64,000 bases of DNA from Amoeboaphelidium protococcarum X5 (taxonomy: Eukaryota > Fungi > Aphelidiomycota): positions 198,039 through 262,038 of the forward strand of contig JALDTO010000179.1 in NCBI GenBank assembly GCA_023515725.1, written 5' to 3'. The notes beneath the pieces are model-generated. The model was not told the origin of the DNA. It saw only the letters and a program-made list of their open reading frames with translations, and did no database searches. Shown piece by piece: positions 1 through 13,752 of this stretch; the first letter of the stretch is position 1; the number at the start of each line of letters is the position of its first letter. Both the position numbers and the translations under genes were made by a program.

Positions 1-1161
1 CGAGGACTATGATTTCTACTAGCCATGTCTCATCAAAAGTTAATGAGCAGCGGGAGATAGAGCAGCCAACCGCCGCTCTCTAGTTCTAAAGCCAGATACA
101 CTTGAGTGAAGGGAGGAGGAGCGCGCCGTACTGGCCATCATTGTTGAGTCATTGTCTCTAATACCCAGGTTCCTGCCACTACTACTCCCTTGATACCTTC
201 TACTTGCAGTGCCACTCACATTGTCTCGCTATCTATACAATAATGACGATGTATTGCGCTGATTAAATGCAGGCGGTAGTCTAGAGAATCGCCCACTTTC
301 TCCACCACCAACTCCAGAAGGGGCAGCAACAGTACCAGCTCTATCGCGAATAGAACGACTGGCTCTGTCAGATAGAGATTTAGATAAAATGTCCTTCCGC
401 TACAAGTGAGGCATCTTGAAAGGCTCAGAGATGGGCTATTACACTAAAGATTCCGCGTCATCTTCACGAATGAGCACTGGTGTCGCTGCGACATTGCCCC
501 AAGTGAATTCTGGCTTCTGCATAGATGACAGATCTGGAGTATCCTTGACAAACTGGTAATTATCTTGAGACAAGGGATGCGCTACTCTCACATCAGGCAT
601 TAGATTCTAATTAATACTGGAAGCATTTGTACTCAGGCGCGTATTCTATGTCTAAATATGGTCCAGAGTCTCGGGTGGGGCATTTAGTAATCTTTAGTCA
701 CTAGCTGAAGATACTCCCATCAGCAATTTCTAAGGTTTATAATCTACTCTGAGACGAGAAGTATCGATATTCTGGGCTTATAATCTCTTCTCCAGCATAT
801 TCACTTTATCCAAATTCTATCTAGTCAGTAATCTTCCAAATTCCGCATCTTCCTCTCCAATATGCTGAGAAAGGAAGGTGTCCAGCGTCATTCCTTCACT
901 ATGATTGTAATCGCTCTATTGATACAAGTGACCAGGTAGCTTTGATTTTTGCTGTAACTCGGGAAAATAATCTCTTTTAATAATAGCAGACATTGTATTA
1001 TGAAAATCTCGTTGAGTTATCACCTGCTACCCATTGTAATCTCTATCATTCATATCTTCTTCATCATCATCTCCTTACTACCGTTACTCCGTAGAGGGAA
1101 TCGCCTTAGCTATCAATTTAAGAATATCCTCTTATTCAGTTCTATTTACAAAGCTATCCAT
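1..1161 (-). CDS. ESS2: Splicing factor ESS2/DGCR14 homolog (3' end runs off the window)
   Basis: With TAR=Gln, open from ATG 1161 to base 1. Motifs IIKRDYFPEL, TLDTFLSQHIGEEDAEF, FTWGNVAATP and LSPAAHQLL match the ES2 family. Confidence 0.85.
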
Positions 1162-1475
1162 TTTTACAATCTATTAGAATGACAGGGTTAGGCCTTATCA
1201 GCAGGGAATTATTTCTATTAAAAATTAAATGAATGGGAGAAGAGAAAAGCGCTCAGCCAGTGAGAACAACAAGTGAAAACGCGTCAGACTTTTTAGTGTT
1301 GGCTGTTTAAGGCTACCTAGTCATGAGCAATTAAAATGCAGCGTATGCAAGTGCTTTAATAACATGATAAGATATATCTAGTCTTGATAAGTATTACTAA
1401 GGGAATCGATCATAGCGAGCAATAGAGTTATAAAATTGGAACAATCTATTGTTGTAATGATTAGGCAAAATTACA

Positions 1476-2010
1476 TCAAATGTCAATATTGATGTCTCGC
1501 CTGACTGTGAGCTATCTCTTGAATACAGAACTTGATGCTATCTATAACGCACCATCATAATCCACGTAAGTCATACCAATGTTACTGTTACTGCTGTTAT
1601 TGCCAGATTAGAGACTGTCCGGTAAAGACATTTCCAAGCGGTATCCGTCATGCGATGCCGTTAGCTGTTAATCTCCATCTTTGAATTTCAGTGTGACACC
1701 TTCCAATGACTTGATATTGAAGTTAGCTGGTATTTACATGAGCCATACTTCTTTATCGCTGGATTGTATCAGATCTGCTGGTAAATCCATAGTCGTAACT
1801 TTATCAAATTTATATCCAGGTTCAGGCTTAAATGAGCATCCTTTGATAGCATCCTTATCTCCCATATTCACCAGACGCGAATTTTATTACTACACTTTAT
1901 AGTTATTACTTAGATATACAAATACAGATACATATAAAAAACGCGTAAATATATACCTGCTGTGTATTGCTGCTATTATCATCAGTTTTGGCCTTTTTAG
2001 ATTTTGACAT
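1476..2010 (-). CDS. RPA34: RNA polymerase I subunit RPA34/PAF49-like; one intron 1890-1956
   Basis: A GT..AG intron of 67 nt keeps the frame. EVWLMQIPANFNIKSLEGVTL resembles the A34.5 core motif. Ends in TGA. Confidence 0.6.
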
Positions 2011-2107
2011 GTTTTATATATGGTCTCTGCAATGTTTGCGTATAAAAGATGGTGAAAAATAGATAAAAATATAGTGATACATGCACTATCCCTTTTGGTT
2101 CTGTTAA

Positions 2108-3886
2108 TCACTCAGTTGCTCTAAATTAATTATTCTCAATAACCCCCATCAGCATCGGCTCACCACCAATAGAATAACGCCACTAGACCATATATAGGCC
2201 ACCGACAGGCGAAACGGTTGCGGTAAATGAGATATCAAACTCTTTTTGCATTACAACTCTCAACAGCTCCACAATATCTTGACGCTCCGCCCGTATTGCG
2301 TCTGCCACAATGACTGTCAATGCTTTGAACGTGTATTGGTACCAAGCATTCGATTTCATGATCTAATCACTGGAATCAATGATATTATAAGGTTACAGCA
2401 TTTGCCACATCAACTTGAGAAATAATTAATGATCCTGGAAAGTGACGAGAGTATGATACATGAAGTTCTTGCCGAGTAAAAAAGCGTTCCATTTAACAAT
2501 AGACAGCTGATCTCGATGAGGGGATTCAAGCAGCTTTTCAAATGGCTCGATAGCTTGCAAAAACATACGTTGAACCTTGATTACCGCCAAATAATCGAAT
2601 AGATTCAACGGATCATTGGAAAACACCTTGCCAAGTTTTAAATCCACTGCAGACAATCCAGACATCAGTATCTCGATAATTCCTTTATGAAGAGTAAGGA
2701 AACTTTACACGTAATCTTCATGCAAATAGTATGAAAGCCATTCGCCATTAATAGCATCTTGAGCAATCTCATTCAACAGCTCCATATTGTCCTTTCGAAT
2801 GATTGCCAGTAAAGGCTCAAAATCGAGTGATATGAGAGAATCAGAAGCTCGAACAGAATCGCGCCGAACTGGTATGCCGCGAAGTAGGTTGCTAATTGGT
2901 CGAGCATCCCCAAACTGTAGGCCTTGCGTATATTAAAATCGGTATATAATGCCTGCAAACAAGTTAAGCTAAGGAGCCGGAATAGTGCGCATTAAGCCAT
3001 CATTGGTACGCATCATCAATGTCCATTGCACTTGGCCCGTAAAAGTATTGATACCCAACATGATATCATATGCCTGTAATGCTTGCAGAATAGCATAGAA
3101 TTTTTACTGGCCCTGATCGACATCTGTGACAGTGTCTACTAGAATCCCCTGAATCACCAAAAGTACTTGAACCAAGAAATCTTCCTAATACCCATTGACG
3201 CCGGATCTTTTCATCACTAGCTACATTATAGGAAAATCCAACTGACCACCTGCTACTTGTTGTTATTTAACCACATCTCGGAAGTAGTTTCTAATAACGT
3301 TCAATGTCAAGTAAGGCCTGCTCTACATCACCTTACACACCACGAAATGCATCTTCAGCAGGGCGAAATATTCAATGGCGTTGGATGCTTCTATATGCGT
3401 TGCAATTATAGCACCTAATCTTTCTTCTAAAGAGCGTTGATATACTCTATCTAGCTTCTGTAAATTGCTGTATGTTACGCCTTATTCCAAAAGGGTATCA
3501 CATAGCTTAACTAGACGGGTGAAATCATTTAGAGAGAAGTCATAGACGCATTTAGTACTAAGAGAGATAAGATCAGACAGTCTATCATCAACCATGTCGC
3601 CAGCAAGATCTATAGTGGGTTTGTCTAGCTAATTACTCTGTCTATGCCAGATTAAATTTAAAAGGTGTTTTTATTCATCTAAATTACAATCACTACTATC
3701 ACTGTCTTCATTAGAATTGTGTCCACCACTAGGAGATTTCGATGATGCACGTAAAGGCATCAACCTCGGACGCGTCACGGACTTTGCAGAGCTCACTGCA
3801 CCTATTTTCGGCTAATAGCGATACGCAACATTCATGGACTATACCAAAGACACGACGGTTATTGTTAGCACTATAATACACTTCAT
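2108..3886 (-). CDS. Secreted hypothetical protein (592 aa), tandem paralog A
   Basis: Signal peptide-like start MKCIIVLTITVVSLVQS. Collinear similarity to 4054-5811 along its length. Confidence 0.75.
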
Positions 3887-4053
3887 TTTGAGTCTACTTT
3901 ATTTTACTCCCAGCCAGTGATATCTTGCAATTAATGAAAATATATCAAAACAATAGATGGAGAGACTGACAATCAAGGGGTGTATGTATGCATGCATGAA
4001 AATTACTGTAAAACAATATGAAACACTTTTATAACGTTTAATCAAATTCTTAA

Positions 4054-5811
4054 TCATTCTAAAAAACTAATAGTCTTAGACTCACCGTCCAGCGTATAAC
4101 TCCATGAGATCATAACCTGGTAATTACCCGGAACAGCGCTTGCGATGAACGTGATATCAAACCCCTCCTGCATTGTTGCTCTCACATTCTCGAGAATATC
4201 TTATCGCTGAATCTGTATCATGTCTCCCAGGAACATTGACAATGCTTTAAAGGTAATTTAGTACCAAGTATCCTCCTTTATAAATTGCTCATCGGAGCCT
4301 TTGATATTATAAGTTTGCAGCATTTACCACATCAGCCTTTGAAATAAGTTTTCATCTTGAGAGGTGATGAGTGAGTGCGCGATAAAGTCTTTGATTTGGA
4401 TAACGATACTCTGCCTTCCAGCGGTAAGACGATCCTTATCAATGGCATCAAGCATATTAACAATCGACATTGCTGGCTACAGAAGCATACACTGAACTTT
4501 TAGTAGAGGGACGTATTGAATTAAACTAGGTGGATCTTAAGAAAACATATAACTAAGTTTCAGATTGACAATAGCGAAATGAGATACCAACTTGTTCAGA
4601 TTTCTCCCATGTTATGCAAGAAAGCTTGACACGTAATTAATATTAAGGTAACGGGACAACCATTCACCGTTGATAGAATCTAGAGCAATCTCATTCAATA
4701 GGTCCATATTGTCCTTCTTGATGATTGAAAATATGATCTCAAAATCAGGCTTTTTTTGAGAGTTCGGTTGTCTTATCGAATCGCGTCTAATTGAAATGCC
4801 ACCAAGTACGCTCCTAACCAACGGATCTTCCCCAAACTCTTGACCTTACGTGAGTTGAAATCTGTAAATAATACCTGCAAACAGACTTAAAGAAGGAGCC
4901 GGTAGATTAAGCATTAAACCATTGTTTTTTCGCATCTGTAATTACCAATATACTTGACCAGAGAATCTATTGACTCCCAGTCTAACTCCATATTTTTGCA
5001 ATGCCAACAAAACAGCAAAAAACTTCCTCCGCCCGTATTAGACATCTGTGATAATATCCACTAAGACTTCAGAAATGGATTAGAATACTATACTTGCAAA
5101 ATCTTCTTAGTACTCATCGGTGTTGGATTATTCCACTACATGCTCTACGATGGTGAAATCCACTTGATCATGACCCACCTCATATGACTTGATCAACTCC
5201 CGGAAATAACTATTCAGAACGTTTACCGTTAAATAGGGGCTGCTCTAAGTAATCTTACACGCCGTAAAATGTATTTCCAGCAGTGGCAAGTATTCAACCA
5301 CATTTAACGCAGACACATGCACCGCTATCAATGTACCCAAGTTCCCCAGAATTTAACGTTATTCACTGTCATGCAGATTCATAAAATTGTCAAAAATTTA
5401 ACCTTCTTGTAAAAGAGCATCACATAGTTGGGTAAGACGTGAGATATCATTTTCACGGCAGCCATACATACACTTAGTACTTAGCGAAAGTATATCATAC
5501 ATTTTGCCATCAATTATATCACCAGTTTAATGTACAGAATGTTGGTCAGGCTCGCCGATCTAACTATACCAAATCAAATTCAATCTCTCTTTTTACTCAT
5601 CAATAGGATAATCTTCATTTCCATTACTGTCATTATCGGAATCACGTCCACCTCCAGAAGATTTAAATGATGCACGAACAGGCATTACTCTCGGACGCGT
5701 CACAGACCTTGCAGAGCTTAATTCATTTACTCTAAGCTATGGACGATGCAAGACATTCATGGATTACACCGTAAACACCACGGCTATAACAATCACCAAA
5801 TTACACTTCAT
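4054..5811 (-). CDS. Secreted hypothetical protein (585 aa), tandem paralog B
   Basis: Starts MKCNLVIVIAVVFTVQS. Shares SVTRPR(L/V)MP(L/V)RAS, LNLIW and FDI(S/T)F with paralog A. Confidence 0.75.
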
Positions 5812-6219
5812 TTTTTACCTATTTCCTAATATGCCGGCCAGTGATATTTTACAGTTGATAAGAGATTTCCAATTTCAAAGGAGGTGTGGAGAGGCTGAAA
5901 TCAAGGGGTGACTATATGCGAGATGGAACAGTTGGGCCACCATGAAGCTAGCCCGTACTCAATTTTTAACTATAAAATGTACAGGCGCCAACTTACACTT
6001 TGAAGAAGCTTGTCACACCATAAACCGCTGATTACCAACCATTGTTGAACTTGATGCACCACTTACGGATCGAAAGAAATCGGATTGATCGTGAAATCCA
6101 ATTATCATCTATATTGCCACAATTGATCAATATAACTCCTTCTCTTTCTATCCATCAAATAAACTACCCACTCTTAACGTGAATATCATAAGTCTTAGGC
6201 ACTGCAAAATACTGTAACA

Positions 6220-6762
6220 ATGAGCCACAATCAAACTACTACATCAGGTCGCCACAGTAACTTCACTCCATTGTTTCAGCAATTCGTGATTGAACAAAAT
6301 GAGAGACGCGCTTAGCTGCCATCGAATCCTAATCCTCCGCCTTAGTAAAAAGATAAGCGCGCATTTGGTTTTAATTGTGTCTTAGCTACCTATGGATTCT
6401 GGCATGTTCTGCCAGCTTTGACTTCTCCAACGAAGTGCCTCGTGTATGGAATTGGGCTAGCCTATTTGTCTGGTAAAATGATCAAATTGATTGATGTGTA
6501 TCAGAAAGTGAGATACTTTTATGAGCTAGCTGAAGTATTCGATCGCTTCACCAGCGGGAGGAGCGATACCAGAGGCAATACCAGACGCGATACCAGACGC
6601 GATACAAGACATCAATAACCTCGTCGCAGTCAAGTTAGTGGTAGTGTATATGGTCCTGCTATTGGCCACCAAAATCAATAAGCATTGATTATTCAATCAA
6701 TTCTCGACGATTTAATAAGCCCGGAGACTATAGCGCAGTGGCTTCGTGATATTGAGAGATGA
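6220..6762 (+). CDS. Hypothetical protein (180 aa) with a short RDTR repeat
   Basis: ATG-to-TGA ORF under TAR=Gln, with a 12-bp tandem repeat at about 6563-6610. No recognised motif. Confidence 0.45.
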
Positions 6763-7371
6763 GAGAAAACAGATTTTGGTTGAATGATATCAGTATCTAC
6801 TTTTTACCCTTTTGATCTTCTATAAGTATAAAATTCTTATCATTCAAGGACAATGCATACTGAGCTTCTACACCCACTTATTCAGAAACAACTGCAATAC
6901 GAAAGTGACTCGAACTCTGAAACCATTTAAACTGAAGCGTTTTTAAACCTGTTTGAAACACCTGTTACTGTAATTGAGAATGTAGATGCAAACTGAGATT
7001 GTAGATGCAATAGCATTGTATTATTCACTCATATTTCACATACTGTACATATTCTCAAACTCTTCACCTTTATTTGAAGAGAAGAAGAACATCAATCAAT
7101 ATCTTTTGATAGCAGTGATACTTCAATCAGGAACACAACCACATCACATCACAATGTGTCATGGTATCGTAACATTAAAAATCTTTACGCGTTTTCTAAC
7201 ATGTGCTTTACTTGGAAGCTCGTGCCATCATCAAATCTCGCCGTCGTCTCGTCTGACTGTTCTCGCGCCGTTCCGAAACGTAGTGTATTCCCTTTTGTCT
7301 TGAGAACGACCATTGCATTAAATAATTGATACCTAATTATTCACACAGAAGCACACATCTAAAGTATAGCA

Positions 7372-9015
7372 ATGGCGGGAAAGAAAGTTACTCTGGAGGA
7401 GGTGGCTAAGCATAGCAGTGAGATGGACATCTGGATTGTGGTTCATGGAAAGGCGTATGATGTTACCAAGTTCCTGAATGATCACCCTGGTAAGATCTAA
7501 TTCTACTTTCGCCATTCCATAGTAATATTTATTATCTGAGTCAATTACTGAGGTTTTCATGTAGGTGGAAAGAAGGTTTTATTGAAAGCTGCGGGAACTG
7601 ATGCTACCAAGCAGTTTGATGCTTTCCATAATGCTGCAGTCTTGGAAAAGTATGGTCCAAAGTTGTTTGTAGCTGATGTTGGTGCTGAAGAGCCAGAAGA
7701 ATCTGCTTAGGCACATGATGATTCTAAGAGTGCACCTTTTGGCGATCTTGTGCCATTTGGCGATCCGTACTGGTACAGTGACTTTCAATCTCCTTACTAT
7801 GACGAAAGTCACCGCAGAGTGCGCCGTATTGTGCGCGAATTCACCGAGAAGGAGATCATGCCGTTTTGTAATGAGTGGGACGAGGCTAAACAGGTTCCCA
7901 GATAGTTGTACATCAAGTGCGCAGAAATTGGTTTACTGGCAGCGGTTTGCGGTGGTAATATTCCTGAATACATGGGTCCAATGGTGGGTGATATCGCACC
8001 AGAGAAGTTTGACGGCTTCCATGAGTTTATAGTATGTGATGAATTGAGTCGTTGTGGTTCTGGAGGTACATTATGGGCGCTTATAGGCGGATTGGGGATA
8101 GGCCTACCGCCTTTGATTATGTTTGCATCCCCTCAGATGAAGTAGAGAGTGATACCAGAGTGTTTGAGTGGTTAAAAGTGCATTTGCTTGGCAATCACGG
8201 AACCGTACGCTGGCAGTGATGTTGCCTAGATCAGATGTGAGGCTAGAGAGAGTGAAGACGCTGAGCATTATATTGTTAATGGAGAAAAGAAGTGGATTAC
8301 GAATGGTGCATGGGCGGATTATTTCACTGTCGCCGTGAGAACTGGAGACGCTGGAATGAGCGGAATCTCTTTGCTGTTGATTGAGCGCACAATGCCTGGC
8401 GTCAAGACGCGCCGTATGGACTGTTCTGGTGTCTGGTCATCTGGTACGGCGTATATTACCTTTGAAGATGTCAAGGTGCCAAAAGAGAACTTGATCGGTA
8501 AAGAGAATCAGGGATTCAAGTATATCATGTACAACTTTAATCATGAGAGACTGGGTATTTGTATCCAGTCCACCAGATTTGCTCGCGTCTGTTATGAAGA
8601 AGCTTTGAAGTATGCTCACAAGAGAAAGACGTTTGGAAAGCGCCTGGTTGACCATCCAGTGATTAGGAACAAGTTGGCTCACATGGCACGTCAGATTGAA
8701 GCCACTCATGCCTGGATGGAGAGTCTGATTTTCTAGACGAAGACCATGCCGAAAGAGTAGTAGATGCTAAAGTTGGGTGGTCCAATTGCTCTGTGTAAAG
8801 CTCAGGCGACGCAGGTGTTTGAGTACTGTGCGAGAGAAGCTGCTCAGATATTCGGTGGTCTGGCGTATACCAGAGGCGGTTAAGGCGAGAAGGTTGAGCG
8901 TTTGTACAGAGAAGTGAGAGCTTATGCTATTCCTGGTGGCAGTGAGGAGATTATGTTGGATCTCGGCATGCGTCAGAGTATAAAGATTGCGCAAATGAGC
9001 GGTGCTAAGCTTTGA
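7372..9015 (+). CDS. Acyl-CoA dehydrogenase with N-terminal cytochrome b5 domain; intron 7490-7564
   Basis: b5 motif [13 protein letters not shown] spans the intron. ACAD motifs [22 protein letters not shown] and [28 protein letters not shown]. Confidence 0.95.
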
Positions 9016-10525
9016 GTAAATTTGGTGCGTGATCTGCAGATGTTTTAATTGTTGTGAGATGGTTGTAATTTGAAGTGAAAATCTGAGTGTAATAAATCTA
9101 TGACATCTATGTTCCCTTCTTTTTACGTCTTTTGTTGTTTTTAAGCAGCTACTATAACTGTGCCTCCGAGATGTTCGATTGCACCATAAAAGAGTATCCT
9201 CTACCGCGCTTGAGAATTGCTTGATGTGCCAGTCGAGTTAGATGAGATTTAATAGACTGAAAGCCGCGGTGAGCTACACACGCTTGCGCCAACTCTTCAT
9301 CAGTGTCCAGTGCAGAGAATAAAGCATCCAATGACTGATACTGGAGCCACTTACGAATAAGAAGTATGGTCACTTCAGTGGAATATCTATCACCATCAGA
9401 ACGCAGCGATCTATCTTTGTGTCCGGTGTCACCTGTCACATATTTATTCATCACCTCTTTAACTACGCGTTTACAGCGCAATTAGCTAATCTGCATCTAT
9501 GCAGCTATTTCACTCCACTACTAAGGTGAAAGGGAGTTAAAATTAACTTATCCACCAGTAGACTCCAAGATCAAAGAGCGCAACTTTTGCTCTTCATCAG
9601 CAGATAACTTTTGAGCTGAATCTTCCGCTCGAATATGATATCTGCAACTTGATACGCCACGCTCAAGATTACTCTTATAATCTTTCAAAGTCATTTGAGA
9701 TAGTGAGAACAATTTACTTTCACTTTCCGTGCCAAGCATCAATGCTTGATTTGTCAGAATTAATTACGCCAAGTTATTAACAGCTGCTGCGGATGGGTGG
9801 AGATGACGATATAAGATCTTTGCACGAGATTTTTAATGATCATCGACCTTAGTCTAAGTTGGCTAATTCCAAGGTTTAGATTTAAAGTAATTCTTCAACA
9901 CGTCCACAGCCGATTCTTCAGATAATTCAGATTATTTGCTAGATGGAAGATGCTAGCCGGACGACCGCCATTTAAGTAATCGCTGATATCGTAGTCTTAA
10001 TTACGATAAAGATACGTCAGCGCCAACTTCACGCATCACACGGTCAATTTCGGTCGGACTAGGATACATCCCAAGTTTGCCCATGAGCTCTAATATCTTA
10101 TTATCTTATTTGGTGGTAAATGTCCGCTAAAGCCCAGCGTAGTCCTATTACTCGCCATCGTCCAACGTGGATTTATCTACCGCAGATTGCTCTCTGAATT
10201 GTCGCCAGAAATCCATCCATCCGATTCCATCCTAAACAGCAGGCCTTATCTAAAACTCGTATAAGTATGATAGCTAAACAGAATCCAATCCATCTAGAGC
10301 GTCACAATTCTATTATAACACAGTCTCGATATCAGTATCAGATTTAGCGCAATCAAACATCAGTCGGACCTGCTCTTAATTAATTCTGCGATCTTCTAAG
10401 CGCGTAGATTATGAAATACTACTCCTAAATATATGACTGCTTCTATGCGACTGCAATTCTATCGTTTATCTTTTGTATAACTGAGCGCCTTTATGACTAA
10501 ACCAGCCTCTAATCATTATTTACAT
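8525..10525 (-). CDS. Hypothetical protein with a Myb/SANT-like segment; true 3' end uncertain (plausible protein ends near 9110)
   Basis: Long open frame from ATG 10525/10516. WSEIAAQMQISQLRCKR is Myb-like. First in-frame TGA is at 8525, inside the opposite-strand ACAD. Confidence 0.55.
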
Positions 10526-10672
10526 TTAAACTATATCACAGCGTGATATTCCAATGAAAAAGCGAAAAATGAAATAAAAATTTCCAATTCAACAAGTAAA
10601 AAAATTACTTTCAGCCACATAACATCCATCACTCATACATACTACCGCTTATCCTAATAATCAAAGCGATTA

Positions 10673-11230
10673 TCATAATTCTTGCAATGATCTTAGAGTC
10701 GCTTCTAGCTCCTGCTTCACAGCGTTACTCTTGGCATACATGTCCTCATACTGCTATTCATAGTTCTCCTTATCTTGTTCCAACTTTTGAATCTTGGCAG
10801 CGGACTAGGTGCTTCTGCTCTCAAGCTGTCTCAGCTAATCTTCGGCAGCCTTAATCTTTGGAGTGAACTGGTTATAAGAGATCTCCAGTAGCTAAATCTT
10901 GCGAACCAAAGCATCAGTCTAGCCTTTCTGACTCTCGCCTTGAGCCTGCAGATTCTTCTCAGCATTGTATCTGTCCTCGGAATTTGCAATATCTTCCTCC
11001 AGACTGGCAATCTTACCCAAGTAACTAGCGATTTCCTCATCTACATTACACGATGCACAATTATCATTCAAAATAAGACATAATCACATAAAACAATAGC
11101 CAGAGTTCTCACCTTTCGCTGCCAACAAATCATTTACTCCATTCAGCTTCTTGGCTGCAGAGTCATAGCGATTATTCGCTGCATCAATTTCATTCTTTAG
11201 CAGCGTAATCTTTTCCTTAATCTTGTCCAT
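10673..11230 (-). CDS. TPM: Fungal-type tropomyosin (161 aa); intron 11041-11112
   Basis: Starts MDKIKEKI, continuous coiled coil, ends ELEATLRSLQEL. Spliced length is 161 aa, as in Cdc8/Tpm2. Confidence 0.85.
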
Positions 11231-11554
11231 ACTGATGTTACGGTTAACTATTTATCAATAATAGTAATTTCTATAAAAACCAAACAATACGAGCACTCAA
11301 GAGAAAGAAGAGTTCAAACTTGTTTCACTCCAGAAACGCACATGGAAGTGAAACAACAAGAGTCAATCAAAATCATAGTCAAGAGAAACTTAAGAGGAAC
11401 TCAAGAGGAAGGTGACAACAAAATCTATCACGCAAAGATTTATTAAATATAGGAAAATTTATGGAAATACAAAGCTACTTTATTAAATTCATTCAAATCA
11501 AGAGAGTCAGTAATTAATATAATCACCAATCATTTAAGCACATACTAGTAATAA

Positions 11555-13294
11555 TCAAGCCTTCTTAGTGGTAAACATCTTGGCAGGAGATTTAAAGTCC
11601 TTCTTGCTGGCAACAGTCACATCATCTTCCAGTGCAACGACAACATGTTTATCAGACTTGTGCATAAATCTATCAGCAACGACACGTCCTGGATACTTGT
11701 TGATACTGTAGCTATTCAGTTTTCCATTCTTCACCTGCCTAAAGTTCCATGTGATGACATACGGCCCCGTGCTTGTGACTATGCTCTTCTCCTTGCTTCC
11801 CGGCTCAGTGTTAAATTTGGCTGGTGTAAAGGAGATCTGAGAGTTCATGTAGGCAATGTGCTCGGGCCGCAACTGTAGACGCTTTGGAGTCGGTTTATTA
11901 GAGCCGAGCGATTTAGAGAACCCATCAACCAGTCCATTATCAGTGGATACTTTGGCTGGAATGAGTAGAAGATACGTTTTGCACGTGGCCAGAATGTACT
12001 CACCATCCTCCGAAACATCTACTCCAATGATATTGTCACCGAATCCAGGCAGAAGGGTCTTGGCGCGTTTGGCAACATCGTTATACAATCTTATATCTCC
12101 CTTGTCACTGGCCACAACTAAATCACCTTTTCCAGTGGTGGCGAGACAGCTAAACTCATTCTTGCTCTTATATTGCTTCATCTCGTTATCGAGAATCATA
12201 GCATCAGGCTGACGAGGATCAATATTGAACAAGGCATTGTGACTGACACCCACGAATCTCTGCTCTGTATCTGTCTAGCCATACTTGGTCAAATTAGTGA
12301 AATCTTTTACTTGGATAGAATCATTCACCTTCCACTCATCCACAATCTTGCCAGCCTCCAAGTCCATTCTGTATAGCTCATTCGGTCTATCTCTATCCAT
12401 AAGCACTAGAGAGGAATCTTAATTATGTAGCATAACTTTTGACGGACTAAATGATTTCTTATCACTTGGTCTCTTCACATTATTAATCGTGGTGGCGTAT
12501 TGAACATTATCAACATCATTTTTAAAGACACCGATTATGTTACCACGCGTAACAAAAGATCTGTTATTCACATAAGACATTGTCAGATTGGTATTCTTCT
12601 AAGTCTATGAGAGATACTCTTCCGGCAAGTCGGCGTTGTACGACAAACTGGTTTTACCATCTCTGATACGTCTCTACGGCTACTCTTCTTCATCTTCAGA
12701 CTCACTCTAATCAGAACTATCAGCAGCAGCAACAGCATGTCTTCTATCATCGCCATCATCATCATATCTGCTTTACTCGTCGTCACTATCATCTCCGCGA
12801 TGCTCAGAGGCAGTTTCAAAGCCATCAGTCATCTCAACATCTTCAATCGCGTATCCCCTGGTCAGATACTGCTTATCACCAATGGTCACCTTCTTGAAAC
12901 TGTCTCTGTTCATAGATTCATACAGACAAGGTCCAAATACATCCTAAAATTCAGTGTATCCACCATTTTCCAAAAATTTGACAGACCACGAGTAGGATAC
13001 CTTTTTCTCTTCATCGTGATACACCCAGATAAATGATCCATGCTCCTTGTTAAACACGGAATTCATTGAACTATCAATAGGCTGAGACATATAGACATTG
13101 TCAGTCTTGGAGTCAGATACACTAAGAACGTATTCAAACTGTCCAGTTTTCTCAATCTCAATTAATGCATCGGAAGTCTGCAGTACGAACATCTAATTCG
13201 TAGGATTATACAGGTACAGATTCACTTTAGTCTATATGAGAAAATCCTATTCTGAAGACTTATCATCATCATACTTGACACCTTTCTTACTCAT
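11555..13294 (-). CDS. VID27: VID27/CYPRO4 family protein
   Basis: GDIRLYNDVAKRAKTLLPGFGDNIIGVDVSEDG, ILATCKTYLLL and FTPAKFN motifs, with an acidic linker. Confidence 0.9.
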
Positions 13295-13752
13295 CTCTCT
13301 TGAATTACAATAAGGAGTCTATTTGATAACTAGTTTTGACAGTGTAATGGCACCTAATAGTAGCAATTAAAAAGCAATATAACCAGGCAATCTGAAATGG
13401 AGAAAAGAAGAAACGGAACGGACGGACTGACAGAATGACGCGTTTCGTGTCACGAGACATTTCTCTCTCCTTCTTTTCTTCATTTCATTCATCAATTGAG
13501 ATCATTTGCTGAGAAAGTCCATCAGGTATTGACTTTTCAGTGTTTTGAAGGTCATGATAACGTTTCATGACGCGTTCTTTTGATGTGATCTTATATCGAC
13601 AATATGCCTTTCATATAACAAGACATTGCAAGTAAAATGTCTTGACAGATACGAGGCGTACATTTTCCTTTAAAATTAGTTCATATTATAGACACATGAA
13701 AAGATTATTATAACTGAAATTCACGTTAAATCTATTGTTGTGATTTTAATGT

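Noticed and set aside
6563-6612. 12-bp tandem repeat as a CRISPR-like array
   Set aside because: No spacers. It is a short coding repeat (RDTR) inside a hypothetical ORF.
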